A stretch of 64,000 nt of DNA from Vicugna vicugna (Eukaryota): the NCBI GenBank assembly GCA_013265495.1, contig MU057801.1, positions 1,233,879 through 1,297,878 on the forward strand, given 5' to 3'. Below, in pieces: positions 62,261 through 64,000 of the stretch. Numbering within the stretch: position 1 is the stretch's first letter; the number at the start of each line of letters is the position of its first letter. The notes under the pieces were generated by a model. That model did not search any database and was not told where the DNA came from. It saw only the letters and a program-made list of their open reading frames with translations. The translations under genes were made by a program, and so were the position numbers.

Positions 62261-62974
62261 TTCTGTGCCTTCTAATTTCTGCTAACGCAGCTCACATGCT
62301 GTCCTCATGATGCGCTGAATTTCCACGTGCAGTCGGCTCTGTGTTTGTCCTTTTAGAGAAGAGTATGTGACGGTGTATTTGGGGCCTCTGTATGACAACT
62401 CTGTGTGGCCTTTACAAATCTTCACTTGTTGCCGAGTCTTTGGTTCACAGCCTTTCCCCTTAGTGTCTGCAGACACTTAGACCCTGGTGTCAGCTGTGCA
62501 GAGAAATCTGGGGCCAGGCTCATTTTTGGTACTTTGTAGATAACCATTTTTTATGACTGAAATATAGGAGTTTTTGGTCTTTATAATTTAAAGTTGCTCT
62601 TAGATTTTTGCCACGTGTGGTTTTCTTTTCACTGATTATTTTGATCTGTGTTGCCTTGATCTTTTTTCAGCTTTAGGAAGTTGGTTTTTTACATCTTTGG
62701 CTTTTCCTGTTTAATTTGGTCTAGTCTCTCAGAGGCAGCAGTTTCCCACAAATTGACTTTCCAGTCTCTTTCTTCCATTTCCATCGCCTTCTTCCTCCTT
62801 CATTTTGCTCTTTGTTAGCCGCTCAGCTTGCACCATGGGAGAGTGTCTTCATTTTGTCTATGTGTCAGTGTGATTTTCCACATCATCAGTCCAACGCCGG
62901 TCCTCTACACTAGTGCGTTTTAATAACTGCGTTTTTAGTTTCCGTGCAATTACCCTTTGGTCAACCTGTCTGTC

Positions 62975-63172
62975 ATGGGCACTAGAGTCAGACAGACAGA
63001 CGGACCTGGATTCAGATCACTGCTGTGACATTTACAGCTCTTCGTCTTGAACACGTTACTTCACTTCTTGAACCCTCAACTGTCTGACTGACAATAGGAT
63101 GGCTTTTAGGAGTGGACAGACAGTGTATACACTGTGTCTGGCATACAGTAAGTGCTCAATAAATGATAGCTA
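62975..63172 (+). mobile_element. MIR SINE relic
   Basis: gacctggattcagatc...tctggcatacagtaagtgctcaataaatgatagct. Confidence 0.75.
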
Positions 63173-64000
63173 TGATCAAACCTTTATCCCACTGCCTGTT
63201 TAGCTCTTTCTAAGTGGCCTTTTAATCTCAGCCTATTATTTCCACACAGAGTTCTACCACCATCTCTAAAGGTAGTATCTTCTCGCACAGCAACAAAATC
63301 TTACTAAAAGTTCTTTTCCTTATCCTGAACTATGTCACTTCCAGAGAAAGAACCTTCTTGTGGGTCATGTAGAAACAGCATTCCTTCCCCTCCTTAGTTG
63401 GGGTGCGGGTCCTTCACTTCTGTTTGGACGAGGCGAGCTGCGTTCTGTCTGATGTGCCGAGCGGACGGTGTGAGTTGCGCCCTGGCTGGGCCCCTGTCCC
63501 CCTTCCGAGGCCCAGTGCAGCTCTCAGACTAGGTCCAGTGCCCCTTGTCCTCCTGTGAAGTAGCGTCACCTTTGTCCCACAGCTCCTGGTCCTCTGTGAC
63601 TCCGAGTGGTTGTGTCCGCAGAAGCGAAGAAAGCCATGAATCAGAGAGCACTGTCACGGAGCCGCCTGCGGGCTTCCCACCCGGCTCGCGAGGGAAGCTC
63701 ACCCTGCGGCCCGCTGGCCTCTCCCTTACCCCTTTCCTCCAGCCACCCTTCCTGAAGATGCTTTTGTTAAAATCACCTTCTTTTTAAAAAGATATTAAAC
63801 AGCATTAGTTTATTTATTCTTCCATAAACATTTCACATACTTTATTGTACTTTTCTTATGAAAGTCCTTGCTTCATAACAATGGAAGTTCCTTGTATATT
63901 TGGCTCCCTTTCCTAAATTCTCTGCACCTGGAGGGCAGGATCCCGGTTTGAATTAATTGTGTAATTCCCACAGCCCCCTGGGGGGCAGAGGGGCAGCACT

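Noticed and set aside
1..64000. CRISPR arrays, tRNA/rRNA genes or prokaryotic systems
   Set aside because: None seen; the sequence is mammalian and its repeats are microsatellites and transposon relics.

Overview
Mammalian genomic DNA. The LINE-1 3' ends and the lack of Alu, Bov-tA, PRE1 or Can-SINE elements suggest a cetartiodactyl, possibly a camelid (inference). The window covers the XRN2-NKX2-4 locus: the last six coding exons and 3'UTR of XRN2 (+ strand, 6964-~23220) and the convergent two-exon homeobox gene NKX2-4 (- strand, CDS 30192-29015), whose exon 1 runs into a 224-N gap. The rest is rich in L1, MIR, MLT2 and DNA-transposon relics. The main unexpected observation lies upstream of NKX2-4, head-to-head with it: a chain of at least 12-15 AG/GT-bounded, mostly phase-compatible + strand exons (about 31.5-47.5 kb, possibly to 55.2 kb) with scattered stops and frameshifts, i.e. 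a large unprocessed pseudogene that the ORF track misses. By eye, its reconstructed translation carries, in the right order, motifs resembling eukaryotic cellular RNA-dependent RNA polymerases (RDR/QDE-1/RRF family): FL..S......SA, LG..F, DGCG, P.xQxR, K[GA], R.S..[KR]F, R.P.H and a possible decayed DxDGD. This family is generally regarded as lost in vertebrates. The assignment is a hypothesis from manual motif matching and needs profile or structure searches.
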